DNA of 64,000 nucleotides, from contig CM097885.1 in assembly GCA_044892525.1 (NCBI GenBank), forward strand, positions 16,866,001-16,930,000. Reading direction: 5' to 3'. The notes below the pieces were generated by a model. That model worked only from the letters and a program-made list of their open reading frames with translations. It made no database searches and was not told the DNA's origin. Positions 1 through 14,726 of the stretch are shown piece after piece (the first letter of the stretch is position 1; each line of letters opens with the position of its first letter). The position numbers were made by a program, and so were the translations under genes. The stretch is from Schmidtea polychroa (taxonomy: Eukaryota).

Positions 1-976
1 TTAATTTATTCATTTTTATTTTCCTCATTGCTAATTTAATTCCACTTTCAATCGAGATAACTCAATTCTCTCATTCCCAGAAAGTGCCCCTGACGAGGAT
101 TTCTGTAATTTAATTTAGATTTGCGAGATAACTTTTCATTAGTAATCTAATTTAGATTTGATAGATAATTTAGTTTTTGCTCATGAGAGGTTTGCGAGCA
201 TCAACCAGACATAACTGAAGGAAATTTCCTTTCAAGTTTGCAGAATTGATGCATACACACACAGTAAGATTTAGTTGTTATTTATTATTCATTTGTTTGA
301 ATTTCAGAATTTTAAAAGTTATTATTTATCAAGTAAGAGAAATTACCATAGAAAGCCAACAAATCTCCCAATAAAATCCATTCCAAAACAGAAGACAATA
401 CACGGGATGGCGAAGAGATGTATCCTCCTCGTCACCGTGACCATGCCTATATACGGTTGGCTATAAATGGAAATTTGCAGAAATTTAAATCAAGTTTTTT
501 TTCTTTTAGAGGATTATTTAACACTTTACTATGGTGGTCAGAACTTATTAATTTATTGTATTGTCATTTCTGAAATAAATTTAAACGAAGATCTCGTGAT
601 ATTTGAAATATATTGTTACATTAATATATCTGAATGGATAATTTTATCAAAAATCAATTGTTTGGGTTTGTAAATTTTAAATAAATTACTTTTGTAAATG
701 CTTTTTTTAGTGAAACAATAAAAAGTCCATTTAACTGAAATCGATAAAATTATTTTTTTTGATTTTTCACCTCATTTTTACCTCTTTTGTGAACCCCAAC
801 AATTGTAACTTTTGAGTTTTGAAATTTATAACTTTGAATTTTTACGAATTTCTAAATTTAGATATTATATAGTAGAATTTTTCATCTCTTAATTGGTTAG
901 TAATATTGAGGTTATAACTTTTAACAAGGTAAATTGTATATTATAGATAAATAATAACTTTTAAAATCTTTAATAA

Positions 977-1114
<138 letters not shown>

Positions 1115-1300
1115 GAGTAAGACAACGTAAGTGTGGCAATATGCAAAAAGTGATCAATTCCTAAACTAAAGTAGATCCTATTTCATTCTCACAAGTGAAA
1201 AAAATTTCGAAAAAATTTTATTATCAGAACAATGCGTAATAAGAATATACAAGAATAAAAGTCTGGAAACTATTTTCTAGAATACACCTGGAAGATAGAT

Positions 1301-2341
1301 TCATTTATTGGTCTGAGAAATACGATTCTGTAAAGCTTTGACAGTATTTTCATCAACAGATTGATAATCTACTACACAAAGTTTATCGTAGCCCTCACAG
1401 ATTTGCAAAGTAAACAGTCCACAATTACATTTTACGATATATGTCTGAAAGTCGATGAAAGATTTTTTTAAATTGTCTATAGATTTGGATTTCTTCATTT
1501 CCTGGAAATGTTGAGCAGTGAATCCGATTTCTTTGGTAATGAATTCATCAGCCAAGAAACAATCAACAGTTGCCGTTCCATCGCCTAAAAGTATTTGCAA
1601 ATCCCATCGAAAAAGCTTATTGGCGTCTTCAACAATTTTCAATTTACTGACAAAGGTGAAAATTAACCCCTTGATTTTAAACTGTTTATCAAGAATGTTC
1701 TCCGCGTCAGGCTGGGATAATTCATTGAACACATCAACCAAATAAACAAACGGTTCACTTTTATCAAATGGTTTTTCAGTAGAACTACATGAATTTTCCT
1801 TTTTAATATCTGGTTGAATTAATGAAATATCTTCTGTTTTGATCGATTTTTCAATATCAATCTCATTTGTCAACTCATCCAAAGGGATATTCAAAAATAA
1901 TTCTTCTCCTTCCTCATCGAAATTTTCGACGACCTGTGGAATATCATTGGAAAATGAATTTATTTCGTTTGAGTTTTTAATCCAATCACTTAAATGTAAG
2001 TCGGAAATGTTTTCGTAAGATGATTTATAATTATAATTTCCTAATTCTGTAGAAGAATGATTATTTGGTTTCGGAACTTGGAGACTTTCATTATTTGAGG
2101 AAATTGGAAGAAAATTTTCAATTTTCGGTTTAATTTTTAAATTTTCTTTTGGTAAATTAGACGGCTTAAAGTCTAGAGAATTGTTTACAATTGTTTCATT
2201 ACTTTGTTTATTTTTTAATCGTGTAGCTTTGACTTTACTTTCGCATTTAATAGGTATTGGATGATTTTTTCTTTTATTCGTGTTAAATTCCAATTTCTCT
2301 CGCAGAAATGATAACTGACTAACTGAGGATAAATCCTCCAC
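1301..2341 (-). CDS. RMI1: RMI1 exon 3 (acidic linker plus C-terminal OB fold)
   Basis: Acceptor TTTTCAG|GTG GAG GAT at 2343/2341. Joins exon 2 to give LGGE|VEDL. The C-terminal W-x-L-x-I-L-L-G-D-G-T...IGFT segment fits the RMI1 C-terminal OB domain. Confidence 0.88.
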   Translation of the reverse strand: MEDLSSVSQLSFLREKLEFNTNKRKNHPIPIKCESKVKATRLKNKQSNETIVNNSLDFKPSNLPKENLKIKPKIENFLPISSNNESLQVPKPNNHSSTELGNYNYKSSYENISDLHLSDWIKNSNEINSFSNDIPQVVENFDEEGEELFLNIPLDELTNEIDIEKSIKTEDISLIQPDIKKENSCSSTEKPFDKSEPFVYLVDVFNELSQPDAENILDKQFKIKGLIFTFVSKLKIVEDANKLFRWDLQILLGDGTATVDCFLADEFITKEIGFTAQHFQEMKKSKSIDNLKKSFIDFQTYIVKCNCGLFTLQICEGYDKLCVVDYQSVDENTVKALQNRISQTNK

Positions 2342-5300
2342 CTGAAAAATCATAAAAATTTCAGATTTGGTGAAAAATACGATTCACTGTCAAAAAATTT
2401 TTAATCTAATATTTTTTAAAAGCCACAAGTTTATAATTTTTCTAGGATTTTTATACAATGGTCATCAAATATTAAGGTCACATTAATTATGGTCTGATCA
2501 ATAAGAATTGAAATATTCAGAGGGTAAACGTAATGAAAGTTCAATTTCTTTGCAGGATACATGAAAACTATATTTACATCTATTAAACAATCGATAAATA
2601 TGTCCAATCAAATTGAACTTTTTGAATTTCTTAAAAATTATCTCAGGCATAATTTAATTTCTACATAAATGTATTTTTTATTAGATGGTATGCGTGTGGT
2701 ACATTTGATCACTTTTTATAACCAATTCTATAACATAATACCTAAATAACTTTATGTGTATTTTACTAGATTTATTTATATAATTTTCTTTCGTTTACCC
2801 CTTAATAGCTCAGACCTGGTGTAAAGTAAAATCGACTCTAATGCTTTACATTATCAGGTTTATACTGTTAACTATGTATTACAGCATGAATTTGTTTAGA
2901 AGCAGGGATGAGATAAAATATCAAGTAAAATTTAATTTTTAAATTAGAAATCATTATTATTTGATTTTAAAAAAAGTTTAAAAATTACTGCAAAAATAGA
3001 TTTGACAAAATTTATGTACCGATTACTTTATTAACTTTTTGTAAAATATTTTTATTTGTGAAAATTTATCGGTAGTTATGAGAAAATTCACTGAAACTAA
3101 TCCAGTTGAAATATTTATTATATTGAAACTGATTAGTCTTTTCAATTCAAATAATAATTAAAATATACTGCATTTACAAAATCGAATATGAATCTATAAT
3201 ATTATTTTAATAACGCCTAAAACATATTCAAATTTATAAAGTTTTATTGATAATAAAATAGAAGATCAAAATATTAAGACGAAATGAGATGTGTAGCGAT
3301 TGGGTTAAACAATAAGAATTGATATTTGAAAATTGACTAACACTGAGAAAGAAATCACGAAAAACGAATAGAATGGTGCAAAAATCAATAAGGTTCCAAA
3401 ATCGCTAATCAGTTAATTAGAAGAAAACCCGGTTGTGTAAACAAACTGAAAACTAAACAAATAACATTTTTCTATACCGATATTATGAGAATATTATTAA
3501 CCTTTTCGCTGCTCTAAACGTATATACTCGCTCTTGATTATGGTAAACATATTGGGCATTAAAATCTGCAGGATGGAACATGATTCTTAACCATCGAGCA
3601 GTTGCGCCGCCGTCAAATATACGGCAAATTTATTCATTTCCTAATGACATTTCTGTACATGTGCAACTTAAGTGAAGAGAATATAGACGCGCATGATTTT
3701 GACAGTTTGTCGGAATAAAGTATTTCGGATGAAATAAGTGAAGAAAACAATCTTTGTGAGAATTTTTATTTTGGAAAAGAATGAAAACCAAATGTATAAA
3801 TATTGAAAATAAAAAAATTAATGTAGTAAAAGAATCCATTGGCCTACAGCAGTGGTTTTCGATGTGTGTCCAGGGAGCTTGAGGACTCCTTAAAATTTTA
3901 CAATTTCTAAAATTTGTGATGTAACAACTCAAAATAATTTCTAGAATTTATATACAGGAAACCCGCGTTTACTCCGGAAAGACAATCAAATACGTACTAA
4001 GGGGTACGTTCTAAGTTTATTTTGTCTCATTCAAATTCATGACTAATTACGAATGTAATTGTGCATATGACTAATGATTATTTCTCACACTTTGACAACT
4101 CTTTTTTTAATTGTCAGTCACGATACAACGAATCCTCACTCACGGGTTCGCGATGAACGTCGGTTATCTATATCAATATTTAGGCATAGCAAAATTTGTT
4201 TCCAGTATTTAATAGAAAATAGCACTGTTTCTATGACAATCAACTAATTAAATGTAGTGTGAATATCTGTTATTTTAAACTCATTTTTAATATTGAGGCT
4301 CTAGAATATAAAATATTGCTCCGGTGCTAAAAAATTGAAAACCTTTGGTCTACAGTAATGTATCAAAGATATAGGTAATGAATTAGACGTATTTTTGAAA
4401 ATTATTTTTCTGAATATAATAGAGAAAATTCTAACAATTACGAATATGAACGAACATTGCTCAACTAAAAACTGATCGTAAATATTATAAAGAACGGAAC
4501 TGTAAAGAAACAACAAGAAGTGGATTTTTGGCTAATTTGGGTCTTCTGTACATGATTGGTATAAAGAAGCCTCATCATACAAATGTGAAGGAAATTTACC
4601 ACTAATGGAACTGGAAAAGAAATTTATAGAGCAATAATAAGTTATAAGCGTTTTTATTTATGCCACGCTGTCTAAGGTTTGACGATAAAACCCACAAGAG
4701 TAGGAAGGCGAAAAGTAGATAAATTGATAGCCATTCGTATATTTCTTGATACATTTGTACACAATAGCAAGACGTGCTTCAAATTAGGTGAATATACAAT
4801 CATTACATATAAAACATTACAATTCAATATAAAATGAATGAATGTATCCGACATTTCCAATTGAAAGAATATCAATTAATAATTTAGATAAAAATTAAAT
4901 TTAGAATATCGAATGATAAATTGGTTCAATATATCAATGCCATTAAAATATTTCAAGACACTCATAATTTTCAATAATTCATCTAAAAAGTAGTTTATGT
5001 TACATTTGTGTTTATTCCGTTCTTTACTTATTGTATTTGATAGTTATTTTAAATTACTTTTGAGTTTCTCGATTTTAAGTGAGTGTTCTTTTATTTTACA
5101 CTGTTTAACCGGTGTTATCACATGTGTTTGATTTTAAATGAACTTAAGGTTATAATGGAATGTTACATTTAACGCTTTTTGGTCAAAATTCACGTTTGTT
5201 TTATGGCAAAACAGTTTATACCCAACATTACATAAAATTGTTCCATCAAACAATAACCTCAGATTAATAAAGGAGTAGAGATACCGCATAATTGCCACCG

Positions 5301-7127
5301 CATTATTGCCAAAGCTTTTCTTGACAAATATATCAATATAATTAATTATATTAATGTTTTGATCTAAAATATTTGCTGAATTCCTTGTTTTACATGAAAT
5401 GAAATTCCTAGTGGAGATTTGTTTGAATAATATTAGAAAAACAAGAACAAAATAAATAATTAGTATAACTGAAACGTTTTGCATAACTTCGAAATTAAAT
5501 AATGTTTATTTACATTACCGAATGTAATGTAACGTTAATTGATTGTAAATAATATTTTTAATTTTTTAAATTGTAATATTTATTCGGGTCATGCCCCTTG
5601 CAACCCAACAAAAGAATCTATATAGTAATTCTCTATAGTAATAATTTACTATAAAGAAATTACAAATCAAAAACCAAAATCGAATGAAAAATATATAAAG
5701 AAACTAAGAAATTCAAAGATAAGAAAAAGAAACAAAAAAATACTAGAAGACAGAACCATTTAGAAGAAAACAATAACCAAATATAAAAGGAATAAACCAT
5801 CCAAAATCAGAAATATCCAATCTTAAATTATTCAAGTCCATGAATTATTTTGATAACACATAACTTATAAGAAAACGATAACTCAGCAAAAGAATTAAAA
5901 TGTCTCAGATCAGAAATATTAAATCATAAATTATTCAAGTTCGTGAACATATTTTGATCGAACTATCACTGAATAGTGCCCTCGACGAATCAAGGTCATT
6001 TTTTGTATAATTAAAAGTTCGGTTAGTTTATTATTTTATTATTATTTAGGTTGTACCGCACACTATATACAAACACCTCAGCTGTCCCAAAACAATTTTT
6101 AAAGGTGACTGCTGCGTCCAACAAATTTCTCCGTCGACACATACATAACATTAAAACATTATAACACCGAGTACCAAAAATTTGGAAACAATATGCCTAA
6201 TCATATTGATTGACAAATATTTTTCGATACAAATGCAAATCAGAGAATGCATGACAATAATTTGCTATGAACCTAAGCATTCTTAAGTCGTTAATAATTG
6301 ATTAATGAACTATTATTAAATTATCAAAAAAATGTTTGACTATGAAAGAAAATAATTCTAAAACTTTCCTTTGTCTGATTTGCACGAAACTAAGAAATTA
6401 ATTATAAAATATTGGCAGCTTTGCATTATATGAACTTTTTAATGGGTTACGATTAACTAAAAATGATATAGAAAATCGAGTTTTGGAATTTAAACTATAT
6501 TTTATGTTTTATATTGCATATTAAACTATGTTTTGGAATTTAGGAGTTATTATGTACTCTATAAAATTTTTACAAAAAAGTTATTTCAATATTTTAATGT
6601 TTTATAATAATATATTTCATTTGAATGAATTTTTTAAATTAATGATTTTTGAAAACACAACTGAATTCACTCGATTGTCACTACTTCAGAAATCATAAAT
6701 AATTGAAAATATTCTTTCATTTGTTGCAAAAATTAATACCCAGTAAGCACATAGCAAATTCACCAATTTCAAATTATTATAGGAATATGCTCATCTCTAA
6801 AATATTTGTTTATTTCTATCCAACGAAAGCTAAGTTCTATTTTATTTTTTTTCACTCATATATCTTTTCCGTGGAAGAATCTATGTTTACTAGTCTTATT
6901 TCATCAAAAAGTTCACTGTCATCAATAACAATTTCGTGATTTTCTACGACATAATGAATTGCCTTCAAAATCTCTTCTCAATCTAATTTACATTTTCTGT
7001 ATTTCGTTATTCTCTTTGAAAATCCATAAAATCAATACTATAATAATTGATTTTCACAATATTATTGTAAACTGTAAAAGAACATAAAATGGGCAAAAAT
7101 ACTTGAGGAATAAAAAAATTTTGATAA

Positions 7128-8158
7128 TGTTAGGTTTTCAGTTAATTTAAGTCGGTTACCTCTGACTCTTCGTGTCTATTAAATCAAAACAATAAACGAC
7201 CCAACGTATATTGAAATCAAAATATATTTTCTCTCAATAATACACAATCAATAATAAATAGTCCAACAGTTCGAGTTTGACCGATTCTCCGCTCGGTGTT
7301 GATGCTTTGATAAAGATAATATTCACCTTTTATATCTTTAGATTCTCTTTACCCACATTTTCCTCTTTTTCTGTTTGATTTGATTCTTTTTCACCTTTCC
7401 ATATTCCTATTCTATATCTTCTCTTTCCCTAATCTTTTTAATTCGTTTTTACCTTTCGTCTACTCTCATTTTTTCTTACCCTAACTATGGCAAAATCCCG
7501 ATTTGCTCTGATTCTCCAATTCCTTATATACTCTTCGAAATCGGGATGACAAATGGTTATTGCCGAGCCAATCTTTCACTTGACATTTGCTTCCACGTAT
7601 CTGCTTCGACTGTCACCCATAATGGTCCAACGAACAAAGATAATTAATGGCCCGCCCGGCCTTTCTACACGCTATCTTCTCCTTGCTCTTTTCCAATTAA
7701 TCATTGTGTCAAGCAAATGGGCCAAAATCTTGCTTCTGTTTACTTTTCTTCTTGTTTACCCAGCTCGGATTTCCTTCATATCTCGGGTTCTCCATTGGCT
7801 CGGGTTTTCTATTAGCCAATTAATTAATTAATTAATGTTTTCTGTTTTTACACATTGGAATGCTTTTCGACCCTTCATAACCATTTTCTGATAAATCCCT
7901 AATCATCATCTTGTTGACCATTAGCTAATCTATACCTGCTCCGTTTTCCCAATTCGATTTCGATGATTTTACAATTTATTGATTTTTCTCGGATTTCCGG
8001 ATTCTTGCCTTTCGTAATTGCTTTTGGCATTTTCTAATACTGCTTCCATCACCCTTTCCTTCACTATCAATTCTGTGCATGATCACGCTTTTATTTGTCT
8101 TTTTCTTCACTTACTTTTATTTAAATTTTCAACCTAAATTTCATTTTTTCGTCCTCGT
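7128..8158 (-). mobile_element. LTR relic (~1 kb) of a family related to the giant retroelement
   Basis: Near-copy of 27454-28494. It begins TGTTAGGTTTT...TTAAGTCGGTTACCTCTGACTC, which resembles the reverse complement of the LTR 3' end at 35830-35875. Confidence 0.8.
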
Positions 8159-9039
8159 TTTGCTGCCTATTTTCAATCCTTTTTTTAGTTTTTTTTTATA
8201 GTAAATATAGTATAATATAAGAAATTATAGTAATAGTAAAATATAGTAATTTATGATTTCGATTAGATTTATTTCTATTTTATTATATTTTGCACCAAAT
8301 CTTGCCATTTGTTGAACGTATTTCACTTATTTAACAAAATTCATTATATTAACATCACTTTAATCACTTTAAGCTAGGAAATCATTTTAAATTTCGTTTA
8401 ATTTATCAATTTTTAAGAAATTGTGCTAAATAACTATTTTTTCATTTGAGACATTCATTTGATTTTAGATCACCAATAAAAACAATATTTTGTTCATGTG
8501 TAAAGAAATCAATCAACTATAAATTAAGAAAATAAAGAGGAAAAATTATCGTTATCAAAACTGGTAATTATTTCATAGATTTTATTATTTTTCATCTAAT
8601 TCGTTTCTCTCAATAATCCAACCAATCACCATCTCAATATTCATTTGTCCGAATTTCAGAATAAAAATTTGCTTCTGGCTCATTCATTGTTTTTTAAGCC
8701 AAGACAATTAATTCGGTTCGTCTCAATTTTATTTTTTCACTACTTTCAATTTACCAAAGAGCTCACGAAATAAAAATTCCGCTGGCCACGATGAAATTCA
8801 AGGAACATAATGATGATATTGCGGGTTTGGTAATTTCCCTTAATTTTATTTTATTTTTGTATTTATGTTTATTTAAATAGTGCCTTAATGGAAGATTCAA
8901 AATTATAATGATGATATTAACGGTCTTAGTTAGTATTTAATTTTTTTTTTCTTGGGCCATAATGGGTAATTTTCATCAAGCACTCTGACAAACTATCGGA
9001 TATCAATGAATGGAAAATCGAAAGATAATTCAAACTTCA

Positions 9040-9500
9040 AGGAACATAAATTTTCCCCAGATCTTTTTCATTGTATTATACGTCGCTTTCTTGTAATGAC
9101 CTGGAGTTAACAAATACTCGTAATTTACCTTCCCACTTCTGCTTGGGAGAATTATCTACCATTTCCATTATTTCCATTATTTTCCATTTATTCTTCGACA
9201 GAAATAACAAATTTCTGCGAGCTTCCTCAATGTCTTCGCTCGAGTAAATTCCACTTTGCGACAATTTTTCTAACGACGTAAAATTCACCAGATATTGTAA
9301 TTATGTCAATTCTAAATTTTCCGGTGTCTTCACTTCTCGATGATCTGGCAATGCAATCCAAGATTCTGGTGTTAGTCTGTATAGTGGTGCCAACAATCTA
9401 TTGCACTGTAATGCTTTCGGTTTCACGTCCTCATCCAGTAAGATTCGGGTCACAGGCTCCATAAATCGCAACTTTCCATTAAATTTACTGGTAACTCATT
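9040..9500 (-). pseudogene. Degenerate fragment of the giant-retroelement glycoprotein
   Basis: NFTSLEKLSQSGIYSSEDIEEARRNLLF and RFMEPVTRILLDE...LQCNRLLAPLYRL match the protein encoded at about 57700-58140. Confidence 0.88.
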
Positions 9501-10645
9501 TTTTCAACTATTACTAATTTAGGTTGTCACGGCACCCAAGTTTAAATATCTGGATGTTGTGAAATGGTTACTTTACTGATATGCTAACAGGTATTTTTTC
9601 ATTTTTCAGGGTCCCTTTACCACCGCGTCGAAAAGGCCTAAAGCGCACTTTCGCCTGCGTGGATACGTCCAGCAGGCTCGAGAGACGCCCACTTGCAATG
9701 TGCGCAAGGAATGGGACTGCGGTATCCAAAGTCTTATTTTGCTGGACTCTGATGACGAATACTAAAAAAAAATTTTTTAATGAATAAAATATTCAGCATA
9801 CATTTGTTTTTATTGGGGTAATCGGTCTACCTCCCTCAATTTGTGCTAGGCGTATTAGAAAGGGTGGGATATTTGTAATCCTCTTCGTGATTAGCCTTTG
9901 TTCCTACTGGGAATTGTAGCTACTATGAAGCTATTACTTACTTACTAATATTTATTGGTTATAATTTTATTCTCTCGCCCCAGTAGGTTACCCAAGGTTA
10001 TTCGGTTATGCTAATTTATTCATCAATTACTAGTCAATCGATTACTAGTCAGTCATTTATTTATTACTTTATTTATCAATTGGCAGTCATTTATTTATAA
10101 CATTTATTTTCTTTTTTATTTTATTTGCTCATTTTACTTTATTTATTTGCTGAATTACTCCATTATTTATTCATTTATTTGTCTTTTTAGTTCATCTATT
10201 TTTTTGTTCACTTAATTACTTACACAAACTTTTTCTTTTTATCAATTTATCTATTTGTTAATTTATTTATTTTCTATTTTCCGAGGACGAAAAAAAACAG
10301 GGGTCCGTTCACATAATTTATTTAATCCAATTGATTAAGGTCACCCTCATCCTCCGATACTTCTTCTACCTTCATCCGAAACATCACAAAATCCGCTTCA
10401 TGTTGAAATAGTAAGATCTCCATACGATCCAACCGCTTTCTCAGATGGAAGTTTTCCTCCAAATCCGTTATCCTCCCATGCATACTTCGAAACTTCCGCT
10501 TCAATTCTTGTGTGTTAGTTTTGTAAATTAATCAGATTTCATTTTTGTTTATATTAATTTGTTTTGTTTTGTGATTACCTGTTTTTGTAAATTTTAAATA
10601 TTTGTAAATAAAGATAAAAAAATCTTGAAATCTATAAACACCACA

Positions 10646-11142
10646 CAATGTATTATTCAAATCTAAATATTCAGTTTGAGAAACATTGATGTAAAATTCC
10701 ACATAATTTATACTATCTGTAATAGAATTCGTTGGAAATTTTCGAATATTGGATAACCGCTTGAGGCGATGGTCGATCAAATAAACACAATTTCAGATTT
10801 ACCGCAAATCATTTTTCAAATATAGTTCCATGTCTTCTTATCCTTTTGTTTATATGTGATGACCGATTTTTTTCTTTTTTTTGAAACGTCCGTAACACCC
10901 GGTAAAACTTTTATTAATATTTGTTAATCACATCTTTAGCAGTTCTCATACCGAAAATTCCTATACATTTAAGAATCGGGAGTGCAAATTTACCAATTAT
11001 CCGCAACCAACCGGATCAATATTGTTTACCAATAAAATATGGTAATTCACCATCAGTTTGGCTACCACTATACATTGAAATGATATCGAAATTAGCCATC
11101 TACTTTACAAAAATATAGCGTCAAATGAGTTTTTGAATCTTT
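10646..11142 (-). pseudogene. Degenerate Polinton fragment (penton C-end, core protein, MCP N-end)
   Basis: Collinear nucleotide similarity to about 47160-47765 (e.g. TCAGATTTACCGCAAATCAT, GGCTACCACTATACAT, TCAAATGAGTTTTTGAATCTTT), with deletions. Confidence 0.88.
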
Positions 11143-13149
11143 ATATATAAACACTATATTCCGTGTCCAACATAAAATTCTGAGTCGACCTAGATATTTT
11201 CAGGGGATGTGTGTGGATGGGACACCACTTACTTTTGTGTTTTTCGAGTTTTGGGGTGTTCTTTCATTTTACAATATTTAATCGGTGTTTTTCCATGTGT
11301 TTGAATTAAAACTAACTTTGTTTGAATGTTATATTTGACGCATTTCGGTTAAAATTGCGATCAGGTAAGTGTAGTTTATATCGGAAATATGTATATCAAA
11401 TAATATTTAAATTTTAAAAAAGTATTTATAAGCGATAAAATTTATCGCAATTTATCGCTATAAAACCAGTGAAATTTCTTTGTCTAAAATAAAAATTAGA
11501 TGGAAATTGTATTTCCAAATACAGAAACAATTCTCCAAACTCTTAATAATTAAGAACTTTTTCAAAATTTAAACTTATTAAAAATTATTACATATCAATT
11601 GTCTCGAGATTTGCCGAATAATTTAACTATCATGTCAAGTAATGTTTATTATGATTCATTAAAAGATCAATCTTCGTGAGAAAAATGTAGAAAAAAGCTT
11701 TTTTAAATGTTTTTCACTATAAGATTATTAATTATTTCTATTAAATTATACAGGACTATGAATAAAGTCATGAATTAATAAAATAAAAATATAAAAATAT
11801 TCAGTTAATCATTTAGAAATCTTTTGTATCCAAAATTGAAAATTATTCTGAAAAATATATAAAATATTGAATTTTTGCACGACTTTCTCACCAAGGCCCC
11901 CAAAATTGTAAACCGGTCATTGTTTACATTCAATGTTAATTTTACGCTCCATTACATTATTATTATTATTTATTGTTAAAATAAAAAGAGAATTGAAACA
12001 GATGCGATATTGACGAGGATGCTCTGAAAAGTGAACTCGAGAAAGAAGATCATTTTGCAAGATTATTTGAAAATCTTTGAACATGAGAAATATCAATTTT
12101 TCCATAGTTAACTTGAGCGAGTTATAATTAAAAAAATAATAAAATGATGAATTTATTATTTTCACATATTTTATTATTTTTATAAACTTAATTTTTTATC
12201 AAATAATAGAGAAATATTTAAATTTATTCCTGTAAAGAATTTCAATGTAAATGTAGCTCATTAATTTGCAAATAAATATAAATAAAGTAATTTTAATCAA
12301 ATGAAATAATGAGCTAAGGGCAAAACTAATGAAAAGGAAAGCTTAAAAGTTATTTGTATATAAAAAAATAAATATAAGTAAAGCGAATGTTTTCAACATT
12401 CGTGATAAATAGAAAAAAAGCATTGATCTATAAACTGAAAGAATGAAGATAAACGAAATCGTAAATAACAGATCAAACGTGAAGATGTTAAAATATTTCG
12501 TACTTAAGTCATGATAGGTACGTAGCTAGGGGTGGCATAGGTGCATTTGCCCCCCCCCCCAATTATTTATAGATTATCAAATATAAATTGTGGATGAAAT
12601 ATTTTAATATTTTAATTCTTTATTTTGGTTTTGTTATGAAAATTGTATGAGAATAAAAAAAATATATATTTTCAGTTAAGTTTTTTCAAATCAAAGAACA
12701 ACTATGCTTGCGTAGATATTCCGTAGTTTGCCGGTCTTTTCGGCACAACAAAGTACATAGACGAGTGCCAGTTTAAACGGCTCGGCTATGCGCGCAAACC
12801 ACCCACACTTATCCGTATTTGACACATTTGCTTGTGTTAGTTTCGAATTAATAGTTTTGAAGTGCGATAGTGGACGATGTAATAAAACACGTTCAATAAT
12901 CATTTGAATATATTCCACTACAGTAAGTACTATTATTCTTTTATTTTGTTCATTTTTTTCCCGTGTAATTTTATTGATAGGAATGAGCAATAAAAGAAAA
13001 GCAAATCAAAGTCAATCAACTCTGTTAAGTTTTCTTTCAAAAAGAACGGCCGTTTCGAATCTACTGATAATAAAGTAGATCATATTTATGAAAATTTAAC
13101 GAATAATCAGATAGAAGGAAATGCTACTTTTTAACTTCTTTTTCATCAC

Positions 13150-13260
13150 TTAGTTACCTGAAGTCATATTTAAGAAATACCATAGATGAAAAAAGGTTGA
13201 ACGGTTTGGCTTTGTTATATATTCATCAAGACATAAAAATAAATCCGGATGAAATACTTT
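13150..13260 (+). pseudogene. hAT transposase C-terminal remnant
   Basis: Translates as YLRNTIDEKRLNGLALLYIHQDIKINPDEI, typical of the end of the hAT dimerization domain. Confidence 0.6.
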
Positions 13261-13528
13261 GATTTGTTTGCGCACACAGACGCGGACAATTGTCGAATTA
13301 TTATGTCAGTTTTTCGATTTTCTGGAATTTGGTAGAGGTTTTGATTTGTTTAAAGTGATCAGGGTTGTTTTTAAAAGATTTAGTTTGTTCGAGAATTTGG
13401 AAAATAAATTTTTTGGGAATTTAGTTTTTAATGGATGGTAAATGTGTGACGTGCAATGATACGGCGTAAAATAATAGAATAAAAACGTCAGGATGAAATA
13501 TAAAATAATGATAATCTATGTCAATTAC

Positions 13529-13843
13529 CTCTCCACCAAGCATCTCTATATTCTGCTGCCTTAATAATGCAATCCTTCTTCTAATGATAAATGGACCTTT
13601 TAAACGGCACTTACAACCAATAACAACGCTACTAATATCAATTAGATTCCATCCTTCAAATTCAAACGCTTCGAAATTATTAATTCCATCTGTTAAATTA
13701 AGAAGCAATGATCTATTTGATGAAGTCGATTGAGTATGAAATGCGTCTGTCTCGTCGGTGACGAGTGCATTTTCGTTTATAGTTCCTGTAGTCTCTCTTA
13801 TCTGACTATAGAAAGATTTTGATACCACTTTGAAACTCATCAC
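13529..13843 (-). CDS. RMI1: RMI1 exon 2 (N-terminal OB fold)
   Basis: Acceptor ACAG|GTG at 13845/13843 and donor GAG|GTAATT at 13529/13528, both phase 0. RSLLLNLTDG...FEAFEF...GCKCRLKG...NIEMLGGE are RMI1/TDRD3-type OB1 motifs. Confidence 0.9.
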
Positions 13844-14726
13844 CTGTCGTGATAAGAAATTTTTAAAACAAAATGAAATAGAAAAAATATTTTAAACGAT
13901 AATAATAAATATTCTACATCAGCCAGTCTCAAACCCTAGGGGTACGCGTTTGATGGCTTAGGGCAATAATTTGCTACGGCTTCCATAATTTTATATTCAT
14001 AAATCTCATTAGTCGAAAAAATCATAAAATTATTATATAAAAAGAAAATTAATTATTTAATGTGATTAACATTAATAATTTATTATTCTGTTTTACTACA
14101 TAACTAAAATTCATCTTATAAACCGAGTTAAAAAATGTTATTTTTAAAACATTATATTTGACATACTGCTTACTGTTTGCTTTTAAATTATTTTACATTA
14201 AAAAATTTTGATTGCAAAATAAGGTATAGATTGCAGATAATTATTATTATTTTTTTTAATTATTATTATTGTTTCGACCAGTCAGAGGGGGATTGCCTCT
14301 GACTGGCAGTTCGTTTAACGTTTTTTCTATCGCGTCTGTGTGCGCGGTCTGGTCAGACCGATTCTTGTTGGTGTGCGCACACAGACGCGAGAAGTAGGTT
14401 TTTTATTGTTAATTGGTAGTTTTTGATAATGTAATTTAGAGATTATTAATTTTTGAGTTTTGTGAATTGTTGTGACCTTGTTTAAGCCTTGAGAATTGTT
14501 TAAACCTGTGAATTTTTTGAATCGATGGAATTCTGGAAGTGTTCTTTGTGGAATTTTTTGGCTTATCGGTTATTCGAAATGAATTTAGAAATGAATCCAG
14601 AGTGTGATTATTTAGTAAAAACTGCAGATGATTCTTATACTGAAAATGGTGACACTATGGAATCGCAAATATTATATTATTATTATTATTTTTAATTGAT
14701 GCAAACTTAATCCCTAATTTAGAAAA

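Noticed and set aside
84..110. CTGACGAG resembling a Penelope-type hammerhead ribozyme core (similar at ~5977)
   Set aside because: No downstream GAAA core or closing stems could be found.
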